A model generated the notes under the pieces. It was not told the DNA's origin. It saw only the letters and a program-made list of their open reading frames with translations, and searched no databases. From Eledone cirrhosa (Eukaryota): a stretch of DNA of 64,000 nucleotides. The stretch lies in assembly GCA_964016885.1 (NCBI GenBank), contig OZ024747.1, positions 6,820,001-6,884,000 on the forward strand. The letters run 5' to 3'. Made by a program: the position numbers and the translations under genes. Of the stretch, positions 1 through 14,000 are shown one piece after another. The number at the start of each line of letters is the position of its first letter. Within the stretch, counting starts at the first letter, position 1.

Positions 1-2104
1 TAGAAAAAAATATTCATTTTAATTATTTTCCTGATAAATACTACACAAATTGTTCCACTATAATAATTTGGTTGATAATGTAGTAATAAAAGTTTACAAT
101 TTATTCTAATTTTGAAAGTATATATAATATATATATAGGCTAAAAGAAAATACTTCATAGAATTAATAATATATATATATATACAAAATTTGTCTTTTGG
201 ATTGAGAGGTCTACCAACTTCAGACATAACCTCCCATATATATATATGTGAAGTATTCGCATATATATTAAATGGCTTGGAGCAAAAAAGCCAGCATCAG
301 AGACTGATGGATAAGAGGTTTTCTCCACACTACAGACATAGACCAAATGCTTTATAACAGTCAATTCCATTAAAAACACACAAGGTCTGGGCAATAGATG
401 AAGCCTACTATCTAAACAGCTATGATAGAAGACACTTGCTCACTGGGATCAAACAGAAAACCATCTAGTTGCAAAGCAAACTTAACCACATAGCCATGCT
501 TGTCAGATTAAAAAAAAAATACCACCTGGACAGTCAGTCTAGTTGCCTAACCATACAGCCGTTTCATCATCATCAATTTACATCCAGTCTCCTAGCTAGC
601 AATATATAACTCTTTTATTGGTTCCAGTAAATATTGATTGGTCATGGGCTGATCACTGTGGAATTATTATTTTCTTTTGTTAAGAATATTTCTATTCTTT
701 AAATTACTTTATTTTGTGTTTAATGCCATCTATAGACAGGTTAATAATGATTTCTAATTTAGACACAAAGCCATCAATTTGGGGGGTGGGGAAAGCTGAT
801 TTAAATTGACCCCAGTACTGGTACTTTATTTTATCAACCCTGGAAAGATGAAACGTAAAATTGATCTTGTAATGTAATAGCTGTAACTAAATGACACAAA
901 GCATTTTACTCGATGCTCTAACGATTCTGCCAATCCACCACCCTAGTTTAGTTAATAAAAATGTGTTGCACTGAGCTGCAAATGAAATTAATAATTCAAG
1001 CTAAATTAAATACTTGAGTGATGTAATTTGCTTCCACTTAAATAAATAGTTTATTTGTCTTAACCATTATTCTATAAGCAGCTCCTTTTGATGCCAAACC
1101 TCTTAAAACCACCTGTGATTCTATGATGCGAAATTGATTAATTCAAAGTGTTTATATTTATCTAAAAACCTTCCATTATAATTTTATGTAAGAACATTTA
1201 AGTTATATTCCAAAAAGGTTTAATAATGAAAAATCTTTCTTTTACTCAATCTTTCCAAATTCTTGGCAACTTTCAAAATTCTTTGAGAATTATAGACAGT
1301 GCTTTTCATTCGAAATACGGTAACAAAAAGCTGAAAAAATATAAGTCGAAACAATTATCATTAAATGTAATTAGATACTCCTTAAATATTATTATTGGTC
1401 TAAATAACAAAAAATTAATAATGATTAAATATAATTGTTTCTACTTTAGGCACAAGGCCAGCAATTTGAAAGGGAGGGGAAAGTCAATTAAATCAACTCC
1501 AGTGTATTACTGGTACTTTATTTATCGACCCCGTAAGGATGAAAGGCAAAGCTAACCGTGGCAGGATTTGAATTCAGAACATAAAGAGCCCTAACTCTAT
1601 ACCATGAAGCATGTCCAACGCTCTACCGATTCTGCCAATCCACTGCCCTAACCATGATAATATAATGATGATCATATTACTTTCTTACATAGCAAATGAA
1701 GCCTTAGAAGTGGTGACATTCACACATTTCCTTTAGGATGTAAGTAATATAAATTCAAAGATTATACATATCTGGAAATGACAACCTTGTTAAATGCCTG
1801 ATTAGTCAACATCTTGTATTATACCCACCAATGACAATACATGCTAAACAATTATTTATTTCAAAGGAGGGTGGCAAAGAATTCAAATAGTGCACATTAG
1901 AAATGAACATATTACAAGTAATCAGATAGAAATGAAGACAAAAATATATTTAGGACCAGTTTAAGACAATGAGAGAACAAGGCTCTGAGTAATTTCTATT
2001 CAAATTGAATAATCATTTTCAAGTTATCTTTTAACTTCTAATCAGGATAAATATTATACATATGCAAATATAAACAAATTTAGAACAACATATATATTTA
2101 TATA

Positions 2105-2253
2105 ATATTCTTTATTATGGCTAATTGATAAGTCTTGTTACTCTGGAGTTTTACCTGTGTACATACAGAATCATCAGACAAGACTGATCCTGTGAGTACA
2201 CAGGTTGAACTCAAGAGTAACAAGACTCATCACTTAGCCATAATAAAGAATAT
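2105..2253. repeat. About 150-bp imperfect palindrome (MITE-like fold-back)
   Basis: ATATTCTTTATTATGGCTAATTGATAAGTCTTGTTACTC...CCTGTGTAC pairs with GTACACAGG...GAGTAACAAGACTCATCACTTAGCCATAATAAAGAATAT. Confidence 0.85.
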
Positions 2254-2681
2254 AATCAAACTCTACTTCATTATTGAGTACTTATTCTCACGTCCGTCAG
2301 CATCACATGGATATGTATAATATATATAATATATATATATAATTTCCTATCCTGGCACACACACAATAGTTTTAGTTAAAAGGAAAAGACAAAAGGATGG
2401 TGCCTAAAAGCATCAGTATAATAAAGCTCTCTTTATATATGGTCATGATTATAATATTTCATGATTTGCTTTCAACTTTTGGCTTTGACTTTATTTCTAA
2501 ACTATGTTGTTCACAGCCATTTTTTAAAACTGGAGATCATGTCGCGCGCACACTTTCCTCCAGCAAAGTTTGTTTTGTTTTGTTTGGTTTTATTGTTCTC
2601 TCCTTCGTAACTAAGTTCCTGCTTAAATGGAATTGTAATTGTTTTAAATAAAGGGAGAAAGATTTCCTACTAAGCCGGGGT

Positions 2682-3604
2682 TCAATTTTCCCCACAACCG
2701 GCAGACTCTTCCCGGCCTCGTGAAATACTGCTATCGTTTGATTGTACAGGAGACTCTTGTGTTTCTACGTACATCTTTGATTTAGGATTATTGGAAACTG
2801 GGTGTAGAGAAAGAGAAGAAGACTGATGATTAGAGGTAGGAGCTAAAGATATGTCTGGGTGTAAAGGAAAGTTGGTTGATAAAGAGTGTTGATCCTGAAT
2901 ATGTCTTGCTAAGTACTTTGTAGTCCCAATATTGCCAACTGACATAGTATTGTTATTAATTGCTAATTTATTGTAAGTACCAATTTCACTCTGATCTGTA
3001 ACTGCATCAGAAGGTTGAGTTTTTTTATGAAAGCTCTGAATGTCATTAATATGTTGGTTTGAAGAGATGCTATCGTGTTCCTCTGGACAGTTATGAGGTT
3101 TACACTTTGGTAAGGAGCAACGGTTTGCTTTTAAAACGTTACACATTACAGGAGATGAATTATCATCGGATTTATTTAGTTTAGGATAGTTCTGTGTTGA
3201 ATTCAAACTTGCACCAACTGGAAGAATTACATAACTGGGCTCCTGATGTAGTTCATCGTTATTCAAAGAGTGTTTTAGAGAATGGGTTTTCAAAGAGTGT
3301 TCAGTCGCATTCCTTAGTGTGGAAGTGTTATAAGTGTTGGTCGTTGACTTTATAGTGACTTTGTTACTTGGAGTGGAAATGGTGTTGTAATGGGGAAGAT
3401 TCTGAACAGTTGCTTGCATTGGGGTTGATAGTTTGTTATAGAGGAAACCGTCAGTATTTTGAGTTTCAGTTCTGATTGGGTTAGCCGATTGTGATGGACC
3501 AAAATCCTCATTAGGCTGCTTATGAAGCCAATTTTTAGTGTCAAGGTTCTTCAAGATAACTTCCAATTTTAACTTTCTCTTAGTTTCATCATTTTTCAAG
3601 AAAT
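2682..3604 (-). CDS. ABRAXAS2: Abraxas exon 8, long S/T/N/H-rich, probably disordered C-terminal tail
   Basis: Acceptor TTTTTTAAAG at 3605 joins phase 1 into the open frame of ORF 2682..3803, stop at 2682, AATAAA about 90 nt downstream. Confidence 0.75.
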
Positions 3605-6600
3605 CTTTAAAAAAGACATGAAAAATAAAGTATATAAGATATCTGCTAGTTATGAAACAAAGAAATAGCTTTTTAATAACTTCATTAAATAGCCGCCCTG
3701 TCCCACCCCTGGTTATGAATGACCATGGATTTGGACCTAGGAAGTTCCTCTCCATGGTACAAGCTGGAGTAAGGTGATGATTTTGTGGAAGACAAGCAGT
3801 CACTCATGCATGCCAGTCTCCCCTTTTCACACCACCAATGTTGTGCAAGGGAAAAGCAAAAGCTAATACAGCTTGATACCAGTGTTGTTGCAACTTTCCA
3901 GCTGAGTGAAGTGGAACAATGTGAAATAAAGTGTCTAGCTGATGGACACAATTCTCTGGTCCAGGAATCAAACTCACAGCCTCATGATTGCGAAGCCAAC
4001 ACTAACTACTAAAGCACATACCTTCACTAATAACTTTATTAACTTATTAACAACTCACTCAGTTGTAATCTAAAGATTCGACTGTACAATAACTTTTGGA
4101 AATAAATATAAACAACTACCTGTAATTAGATGATTGTTTGTTGTAAGCCTTTGACATGCTTTTTCATTATCAGTAGCATCAACATAACCTTCTAGTCTGT
4201 GGACATTCTGAGATGCAAATGAACTGTTTGTTTGGGATGTTTTATTCAGTTCGTTAACCTTCTTTTCATACACTTCAACTTCAGCTTCCAAACTTTCCAA
4301 TTGTTTTTCTTCATCAGATACTAATGAACTTATTTTCTAGAAAAAGAAAATAATAGAAACATTAATAAAAAATATCCATACATTTTAAATAAATAATTTG
4401 AGCAAGATCTGTCATATAGTCTAGAAAGTTATGTGGTTTGAGGTTAAAACTATATTTGCCAAGTAAATGTCTAATAGAAATATTAATTTAAAAAATTCCC
4501 GTAGATTTTATTTGAATCTTTAACCAAGCCATGAATGACATACAGTCTAAAGGTTTATGTAGTCTGGTTAAAACCATTACCAAATTTCCTGTTATAAATG
4601 TATTTTCCAAGTAAGTGTCTAATATCTAAGTGACATGAACATATAATCAGAAGAACAACATAACCAAATATAACAAGATATGTGAGAAAAAGACAGAGCT
4701 TGGATGAGCTGAGGGAGAAGCTGAGTTTAATGGGAATCCGAGATTGGTATGGACATGTGATGCACATGGACAATGACCGATAGGTGAAGAAATGCCAGGA
4801 AATCACAGAAGGAAGCTGCAGTAGAGGACAACCAAGAAAGACCTGAGCAGAGGTTGTGAGAGCTGACCACAAATTGCTAAGACTGGTAGAAAAGATGATG
4901 AAGGAATGCAATAGGTGGAGAGATGCTATGCTGAAAAGGACCCATCCAACCCATGCAAGCATGAAAAAGCGGACTTAAAACCGATGATGATGATGATATC
5001 TCACATTCGATAGTTGGAATATTGAGGTCATTGTTTAGTAATCTGGTCAGTTACTTGGTAATATTGATTTCTGACATAGGTATAAAGCTGCAAACAGGTA
5101 TAACTGATTAGATCAAACTAGTACTCAACTGGTTCTTGTTTTATCAACAGCAGAAAGATGAAAGACAAAGTTGACTTCAGAGAGATTTTAAACAGTCACA
5201 ACTAAATACCACAAGCCATTTCATTCAATGCTCTTACTATCTCTACAAAGACACCAGATTGGCAATGTCAATAAGAAACCAAGGATTGGCAGAATTATTA
5301 GAGCATCAGACCAACAAAATACATTGTGATAATTACTTATAACCCTTGAATTATGTGTTCAAATCCTCCTAAGACCAACCATGACTTTCATCTTTGGGGA
5401 GGAGGGATGATAAAATTAGTTGAATACTAGAATTGGCCTAATAGACTGTAACCATTCCGCCAAATCTGAATCCGTTCAAAAATAGAAAAACTGATGTGAA
5501 AGCGATAATGATATTTTAATCGAATGAAGATTTTGATTTAAAATACAATTAAATTTCTAAACTTTATAAATTACTGAAAATACAAATAAAAATCATCCCA
5601 TTTTGTTGGGGTTGTTTACAGACTTTAAACAATTTCTAATATTTGCTTAAATAAAAATAATACAGGAACAATCAGAGCAACCATAGAGATGTAAATGTAA
5701 AGACATTTTAAAATTAACAGTAAAAAAAAATTAAAAACTCATAAATGCAATTGTATTTAATTTGAGAAATATCTTTGGAAAGAAATTAGAATTCAGTTTA
5801 CAGGACAATACTGAACAATAAAAATACAGAAAATGCACAAACATTTGAATAAACTCTTTGATTTTATAACAATTTTGAAGAAATATTATTCCGGGTATTT
5901 TTACTTACTTCAAGTTGTGTTAATAAGTTGGCTGAAAGCTCTTTAACCAGGCCAACTTCCCGAATATCTCCTCTTTCATCATGGAACCGATTCCTAACAG
6001 ATATGATAGATAAATTTTAAATAAAATATACATACATATACACACACAAGTCCACCATAGATATAAATACTTATATATACATCATACATACCATACTATC
6101 CATATATATATTTACATACATGCATATGATACTTATATATATGTACATCATACATACATATATATATACATCATAACATATATATATATATGTACATCAT
6201 ACATATATGTACATCATACATATATATACATCATACATATATGTACATCATACATATATATATATACATCATACATATATATATACTAGCATTAAAGCCC
6301 GGCGTTGCTTGGAGTCAGTAAGTTACCAAAGTTAGGTTGCACCACCCATTTTATGGCAGCACTTTTTTGTCTGCCAGGCACTGGGTGAATGAATTGCAGA
6401 CCTGGACTGCCGAAGCAGGAGCTGCGTCAGCAGTGACGATTGTAGTTTCGCCTATGGTTATTATCTCTGTGCAAAGAAGTGTTGAAATTTATTGTTTCAC
6501 AGTACTTGCGCAACACGCGCGTAGACGATGCCAGCTGAACAACAGAGCTGCGATGGAGTTGTTCTGCATGGTTGTCTAAATTTAAGACAGTAGGGAGGGG

Positions 6601-7513
6601 TGTGATATGGGGGAGAGTTAGCTGCCGTCTCTAGCAGGTTTAGTGACCTCATAGAGGATATGTTTTCTAAATTTAAGACAGTAGGGTGTGGTGTGATATG
6701 CGGGAGAGTTAGCTGCTGTTTCTAGCAGGTTTAGTGACCTCATAGAGGATATTATTGTGTATAGTAAATAAACTGATACTTCTTTATTCCACGTTCGTTG
6801 AGAGATGTTTTAAAAAAAATTTATCGCTATTTTTTTTGTTGTTGAATAAATTTATCTGTTGCTTTTGAATAATTGTTGTTTCATATGAAATGTAATAAGT
6901 TCTCTTTGTCATTGAAGTAAATAAATGTTTGACCGTTCCACACTCAAAAACAAACGTTCTCTCTCTCTTAAAGTTTGTAAGTTTAATCATCATCATCATC
7001 TATAAAAGGCAGATTGTTGTTGTGTGTGTGTGTGTGTGTGTGCATGTTCCATGTTTATACATTTGCACAATTTCAAACCGATTCGACTTAAAGTCTGTAA
7101 GAATGTTGTAAATAGTTTAACGTAGGTCAACGACTATTTATTTCATTCAAACTCAACCAACAATTACGGAAATAATCGATAAAACTAAATACATGACGCT
7201 TTACCCCTCTCTCTACTCCCCTTCATCAGAGAAAGTTGCAGCATGTATGTAGTTTTATCGAATTTTAAGGGGAGTAGAGAGGAAATCTGATTCTATTAGA
7301 GGGGTAAAGCGTCATGTATTTAGTTTTATCGATTATTTCCGTAATTGTGGGTGAGTTTGAATGAAATAAATAGTCGTTGACTTAAGTTAGACCATTTACA
7401 ACATTCTTACAGACTTTGAGTCGAATCGGTTTGAAATTGTGCAAATGTATAAACATGGAACACACACACACACACACACACACAACAATCTGCTTTTATA
7501 GATAATGATACAT

Positions 7514-7552
<39 letters not shown>

Positions 7553-8012
7553 CATATATATATATATATGTATGATGTATATATATATACATCATACATA
7601 TATATATATATATGTATGATGTATATATATATACATCATACATATATATATATATATATATATACATCATACATATATATATATATATATATACACATCA
7701 TACATATATATATATATATATATACATCATACATATATATATATATATATATATACATCATACATATATATATACATCATACATATATATATACATCATA
7801 CATATATATATACACATCATACATATATATATATACACATCATACATATATATACTTCATACATATATACATCATATATATATATATATACATCATACAT
7901 ATATATATACATCATACATATATATATACATCATACATATATATATACATCATACATATATATATACATCATACATATATATATACATCATACATATATA
8001 TATACATCATAC

Positions 8013-8044
<32 letters not shown>

Positions 8045-11000
8045 CATATATGTATATCATGCATCATAGATATACATACGTACATGTACATCATACATAT
8101 ACACACACATATGTACATCATACATATATATATTTAAGGTTGGACTGACAGTTTTCACCACTTTTCAAATTTTTATTTCCGTATTGCATGCAAATGATCG
8201 ATGCCCCAAGTACTATAGATGTGATTAAAACCCCAATGTACGTCTTAAGCTTAGTAGAGGATCAGCAACTTGGTCCTAAAGAGACATCCTAATATTTATG
8301 TCACAATTTTGTCAATTTTAATAGGAGGGGGGGGGGGGCTGTGGAGATCAAAGATTGTGATGAGAAATTAGTTAGTTATGTCATTTACAGATCTAAAGTC
8401 AAATGGTTTGAAATCATATATAACTCTACAGATATATTGAAACAGTGAGATAAGATAATAGGAATATTTGCATCAACAAGCTAGTTTAGATAAAAATAGT
8501 AACTAGACAGTTTAGTGAGAGATATATATATATATAGACACAGTTTAGTGAGATAAATATATTAACTAGAAAGGAGGATGAGATGACAAATGAGAGATTC
8601 TGTACTGAGAAGGACCCGTCCAACCCTTGAAAGCACAGAACAATAGACGAATGATGATGATGTAAAAGTAGTAGTGACTTGAAGGAAAAATTTGAATAAC
8701 TTGCAACAAAACAAAATTTACAAAATACATACTCAAATTTTTGCACAACAGTTTGGTAAATACCAGTTTGCAGGTTAGTGGCAGTACCATATGGTTTATA
8801 TTGGGAATGTGTGGTGTCACCAAGGTTTATCACAGAAAGTGAAATTGGTAAAAACTCATTAGAACTAAAATAAAATATAAAAACAACAATATGAGCTGAT
8901 AAATGAGATAATTATAGCAACTGATGAAACTTTATAAATTATTAATGTTATATACAATAGCTCTTAGTTTTACTTCAAGATACACTGGACAATATAATCC
9001 TAGATATAGGAGATATTCACAGCTGAAACAAACAGGACTAGCCTGAGATTCAACAACATAGAAATAGTGAAGTTGAGGAAAGTATTTAAACAAAAATCAA
9101 AAATATTCAAAAAGTTTTAAGTTGAATTGATATTATTGTCAAAAGAGAAATTACCTGTGTGAAAACTTGTAAAGTATATGATCATATGAATGTGTTGCCA
9201 TGTTGTAAGAAGTGGAAGCTGTGGTTAAAAGAAAAACAAAATTCTCTGGCTGAGCAATATCCAGGGATTGCATCAGGCTCTTGTGAACAGCATTTTCTAG
9301 AAGAGACACTTGTAAAGTGGAGTTACGCCGGAAACGGTACCAACCAACTATTTCCTTGATATTAAAAAATAAATAGAATTTACATTAGTTGTCATAAAAT
9401 ATAATTGGATCAAATAGAACAAAAACAATACTATTGTTTTAAGTTCATTTCAACTGAAACGGTTGAACAGGCAAGCATAATAAATATTAACCATTTTGTG
9501 TTATCTTGAAATTTTCTTCTATTTTTAATTTGTTTTAGTCATTATGGCTAAGGCCATACTGGAGTTATGAGTTAAGTTTATATTTGCAAGATTTCTAATC
9601 ACAATCAATCTAATGTTTCCTCTACCAACATAGCTGGAAATGTGAGGCTAAATTGGAAATTTAGGGTTCACATAAGACTGAAACATGGAAAGATGTTGGA
9701 CAAGAAACCTGTCCAATCCATATCACCACAGAAAGCTTATTATTAATACCCCTACAATGAGGCAGATTTATGCAAGTTCCTAACATCGACACTTTAGTTA
9801 CAGGCATAGTTATCATCAGCCCCTTAAGGTGTTTCAAAATTGCCCCAGGTATTCTGGCAAATGGTGAAATTTAAAAAAAATAACCATTTTCAATTGGATA
9901 ACAAGTTAGTTTAAAAACATAATAGGGTGTGTAACAGAACATGTAGAAATATAATAGGGTGTGTAACAGAACATGTAGAAACATAATAGGGTGTGTAACA
10001 GAACATGTAGAAATATAATAGGGTGTGTAACAGAACATGTAGAAACATAATAGGGTGTGTAACAGAACATGTAGAAATATAATAGGGTGTGTAACAGAAC
10101 ATGTAGAAATATAATAGGGTGTGTAACAGAACATGTAGAAATATAATAGGGTGTGTAACAGAACATGTAGAAATATAATAGGGTGTGTAACAGAACATGT
10201 AGAAACATAATAGGGTGTGTAACAGAACATGTAGAAATATAATAGGGTGTGTAACAGAACATGTAGAAACATAATAGGGTGTGTAACAGAACATGTAGAA
10301 ATATAATAGGGTGTGTAACAGAACATGTAGAAACATAATAGGGTGTGTAACAGAACATGTAGAAATATAATAGGGTGTGTAACAGAACATGTAGAAATAT
10401 AATAGGGTGTGTAACAGAACATGTAGAAACATAATAGGGTGTGTAACAGAACATGTAGAAATATAATAGGGTGTGTAACAGAACATGTAGAAATATAATA
10501 GGGTGTGTAACAGAACATGTAGAAACATAATAGGGTGTGTAACAGAACATGTAGAAACATAATAGGGTGTGTAACAGAACATGTAGAAACATAATAGGGT
10601 GTGTAACAGAACATGTAGAAACATAATAGGGTGTGTAACAGAACATGTAGAAATATAATAGGGTGTGTAACAGAACATGTAGAAATATAATAGGGTGTGT
10701 AACAGAACATGTAGAAATATAATAGGGTGTGTAACAGAACATGTAGAAATATAATAGGGTGTGTAACAGAACATGTAGAAATATAATAGGGTGTGTAACA
10801 GAACATGTAGAAATATAATAGGGTGTGTAACAGAACATGTAGAAACATAATAGGGTGTGTAACAGAACATGTAGAAATATAATAGGGTGTGTAACAGGAA
10901 CATGTAGAAACATAATAGGGTGTGTAACAGAACATGTAGAAATATAATCAGAATGTATAAGTACTTCTTAACGAAGATAATCTAAAGAAAACAATTAATT

Positions 11001-14000
11001 CAGAAAAATATTTAAGATGAAATGTAAGCAGCAAATCAATGTCCAAACCTTCTGTTTGTCTTTTAATATTGATTTTAGGTTTTCGGTAATAATTTTTCCC
11101 CTTCGGTCATAGAAACGAGTTTTATGTGAACATGGAAGGTGAGAAGAGATATCTGCAAAGAAAGAGTAATAGAAATATTTTATGAATTAAGAAAGTTGGA
11201 AAGTTAAATTAAATGTTTTTCTTTCATGTTAAATTAAAATATTAAAACATACACCAAAGTTCAAATTATCAAAAAAATTATAACTTGCTTCACTGATAAG
11301 GTCTGGCATATGTTGAAAATCAACAGATTTGGTTGTCCATGTGTCATTTGAATACTCATCTTACAGTTCTGTTCTTTCTAATATTGATTTCTAACAGAAG
11401 CACAAGATTTTAAATTTGAGGGAGGAGTCAAGTCAATTGACTTTAATACTTGACTGGTACATCAACTACAGAAGGATGAATAACAGAGTCAACCTTGACA
11501 GGATTTGAACTCAGAGTGTAAAAGACCATTACTAAATATCACAAGGCATTGTTCAGCACTCTAGCAATTCTGCCAGTTGACCACCTTTCTGTTCTTTTTA
11601 ATATCAATTACCTGCTATCTATTTTTAGCAAGTTAATCAAGCTAGTAAGACAGGTGTGAAGGATGAAAGTTCAAATTCTGCAATAGAAACAATAAAAATG
11701 TAAACTTACGGACATAAGTCTCAACTTTGGTAGCATTAATTTGGGAATCACTGACTGTATCTTTCACATTAACAACAATTTTTCCCAACAAGAAGCCAAA
11801 CTAAAATAGAAAACAAACATTGAGGCATTTAAAAATGAGATCAACAGTGTAACAAATTTGATAAACAATGTACTAACAAGAGAGCTTCTATGCTATGTAG
11901 TCATGTTAGAAAAATCAGCCCAATTTTCCTCAAACCATAACCCGACATCTTAAAAAAGGAAAGGATGGACAAAATAATTTAGCCCTAATGGGATGTTTTA
12001 GGCCTTAGGTTGGCTTAGGGTTAAACAATAACAACTTGATCAATATTTTAAACCTTTTATTCCCAAAGCAGGGTTTCACCACGGGCATGAAACCCTGATT
12101 TGGGAATAAATAACATTTTTAAAATAAGACAATCTATATGCCAATCTATTAAAAACATACCGACACCTTCTAATGCTTCTTACACCAAAATGTTGCCATG
12201 AGAAGAGATGAATTCTAATATTTCTGGAAGTTTATGACCATTTTCTCCAGAGGAGGAGGATTTGGCTATTATTTCCAGTAAGTGGAATGAATGATCATAT
12301 ATAGGAGTTCCCGTTTGCAACAAGTGAGTCTCTACATAGTCATTATTTGTCTTGCTAGAATAAGTAGTCAAATTTTCTCTAAATTTTATCCTAGCATCCT
12401 TTTTTTTAATGTAAACTAGTAAAATCTGGTACATCTGATCATAAGTCTGTTACACCTGTTCTAAAAACTTAATTAGCATTAGTGCTAAAAATTTAATGAA
12501 TGTTAATGCTGGCTATAGTGGAAATATAATAAGTAGAATTAGAAAAGCAAGACACAATTTTGGAGAGCTGATACTTCTATAGGAAACAATAATCCTTCTC
12601 TCTTTCTCTTTAAAAAGTAACAGACTGTATGAAGACTATGTAAGAAATATGGTACATAGCAGTGTGACATGGACATCAAATGTGGAAATTAGATGAATTA
12701 TATTAACTTGCAATTCCAAGACTTCAGAAATATAATGGTTTTAGCAAGGTTTAAAGAGGTATATAATACAACACCTTTCACATACTTATAACGGATTATA
12801 AATGCTTATCCTATAACATTATTCAAGTCTGCTTTTGGAAACTAAGTTTTGATATTTAATAGTGAGAAGATAATAGGAATTTCTAAAAGAATCCAGAGTT
12901 AAATAAAGACAAAAAATAATTATCGAAAGTTTGACTTGTCAAATTAATCTAAGATTAGGACAGAATACAAGCCTCTAGGATAAATTATTTATAAATAGAT
13001 TACGTTTAATGTTAACATATCTGAGTATAGATAACTAACTTTAAACTGTTCAGCTGATAAGAATTAGAACAAAACGTTCTTTTGTGACTGTGCCGACAAC
13101 TTAAAATATAGAAATAGTAACTAAATATCTCCCTACCATCTTAAATAAGGAAATGACACATGCAATAATGTAGTCTTACTAACACCTAAAAAGATGGGTT
13201 GATCACAGCTAGAATCCCTTTGATTAGGTATGCTCGATCAGGGTTGACATATTTTTAGAATAATTTTGGAGAGGTAAGATGGTGTCCATAGCCGTTTTAA
13301 AGGCCTCTGGAACTGGTATGAAGCCTGGCTTGAATACTTGCAACAGAATGCTAAAGGCCTCCTAAGAAACAGGTGATGCGATCACCCAAATAACAGGTTG
13401 AGGCGATCACCCAAGAACACAAGCCAACAAAAGAGCCTGTACATGGTCACACAAGTCGCTAGAAATAGCACCCAAATTACACTCAACTACTTATAAAAAG
13501 GGGAAAGACATTAAATAATGTACTCCTATAACCCCAAAAGATGGGGCAGTGATGGCTAGAATGCTGCAATCTTTCGATTTAAGTATATAAAATGGTCGCG
13601 ATCATTAAATTGAAGTTGAAAGCAAATTATTTTTTTCTTTAACTATTTATATATTTAATGAAATGCTGAAGATGGAAGACCGAAAGTGTAATAATCGTGA
13701 AAGTGATTATAAATTATGGTTTCTGATTTAAGCACAAGGCCAACAAATTTAAGGGGGTTAAATCGACCCCCAGTACGTTACTGGTGTTTCATTTTATCGA
13801 CCCCGTAAAGGTTAAACGGAAAATCTAACCTCAACGGGATTTGAACTCAGAACGTAAAGGACCGTAACTATATGTCAGGTGCTCTACCGATTCTACCAAT
13901 CCAGGTGATTATAAATAATGAAGATATGACTCAAAGGAATTACTTTCTACGATATTTATCTGATAATTCATGATACTGATTCTATAATTGAGTTTCTTGC

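Noticed and set aside
3605-3803. N-terminal part of ORF 2682..3803
   Set aside because: It lies in intron 7 and overlaps SINE-like sequence. The coding part starts at the acceptor at 3604.
7505-8148. Y/I/H-rich ORFs
   Set aside because: Translations of a compound (TA)n microsatellite.
9871-10935. Three overlapping 330-354 aa ORFs, or a CRISPR-like array
   Set aside because: Artefact of a 32-bp minisatellite. There are no unique spacers and no cas genes, and the context is a eukaryotic intron.
12180-12434. 84-aa minus-strand ORF within Abraxas intron 1
   Set aside because: Exons 1 and 2 join in frame without it and it has no Abraxas motifs. It sits next to an RTE remnant at about 12500-12690.
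13665-13692. Hammerhead-like CTGAAGA..GAAA motif; similar weak ones near 45420-45458 (minus) and 57522-57556
   Set aside because: Helices too short or core bases missing, so they cannot be separated from chance.
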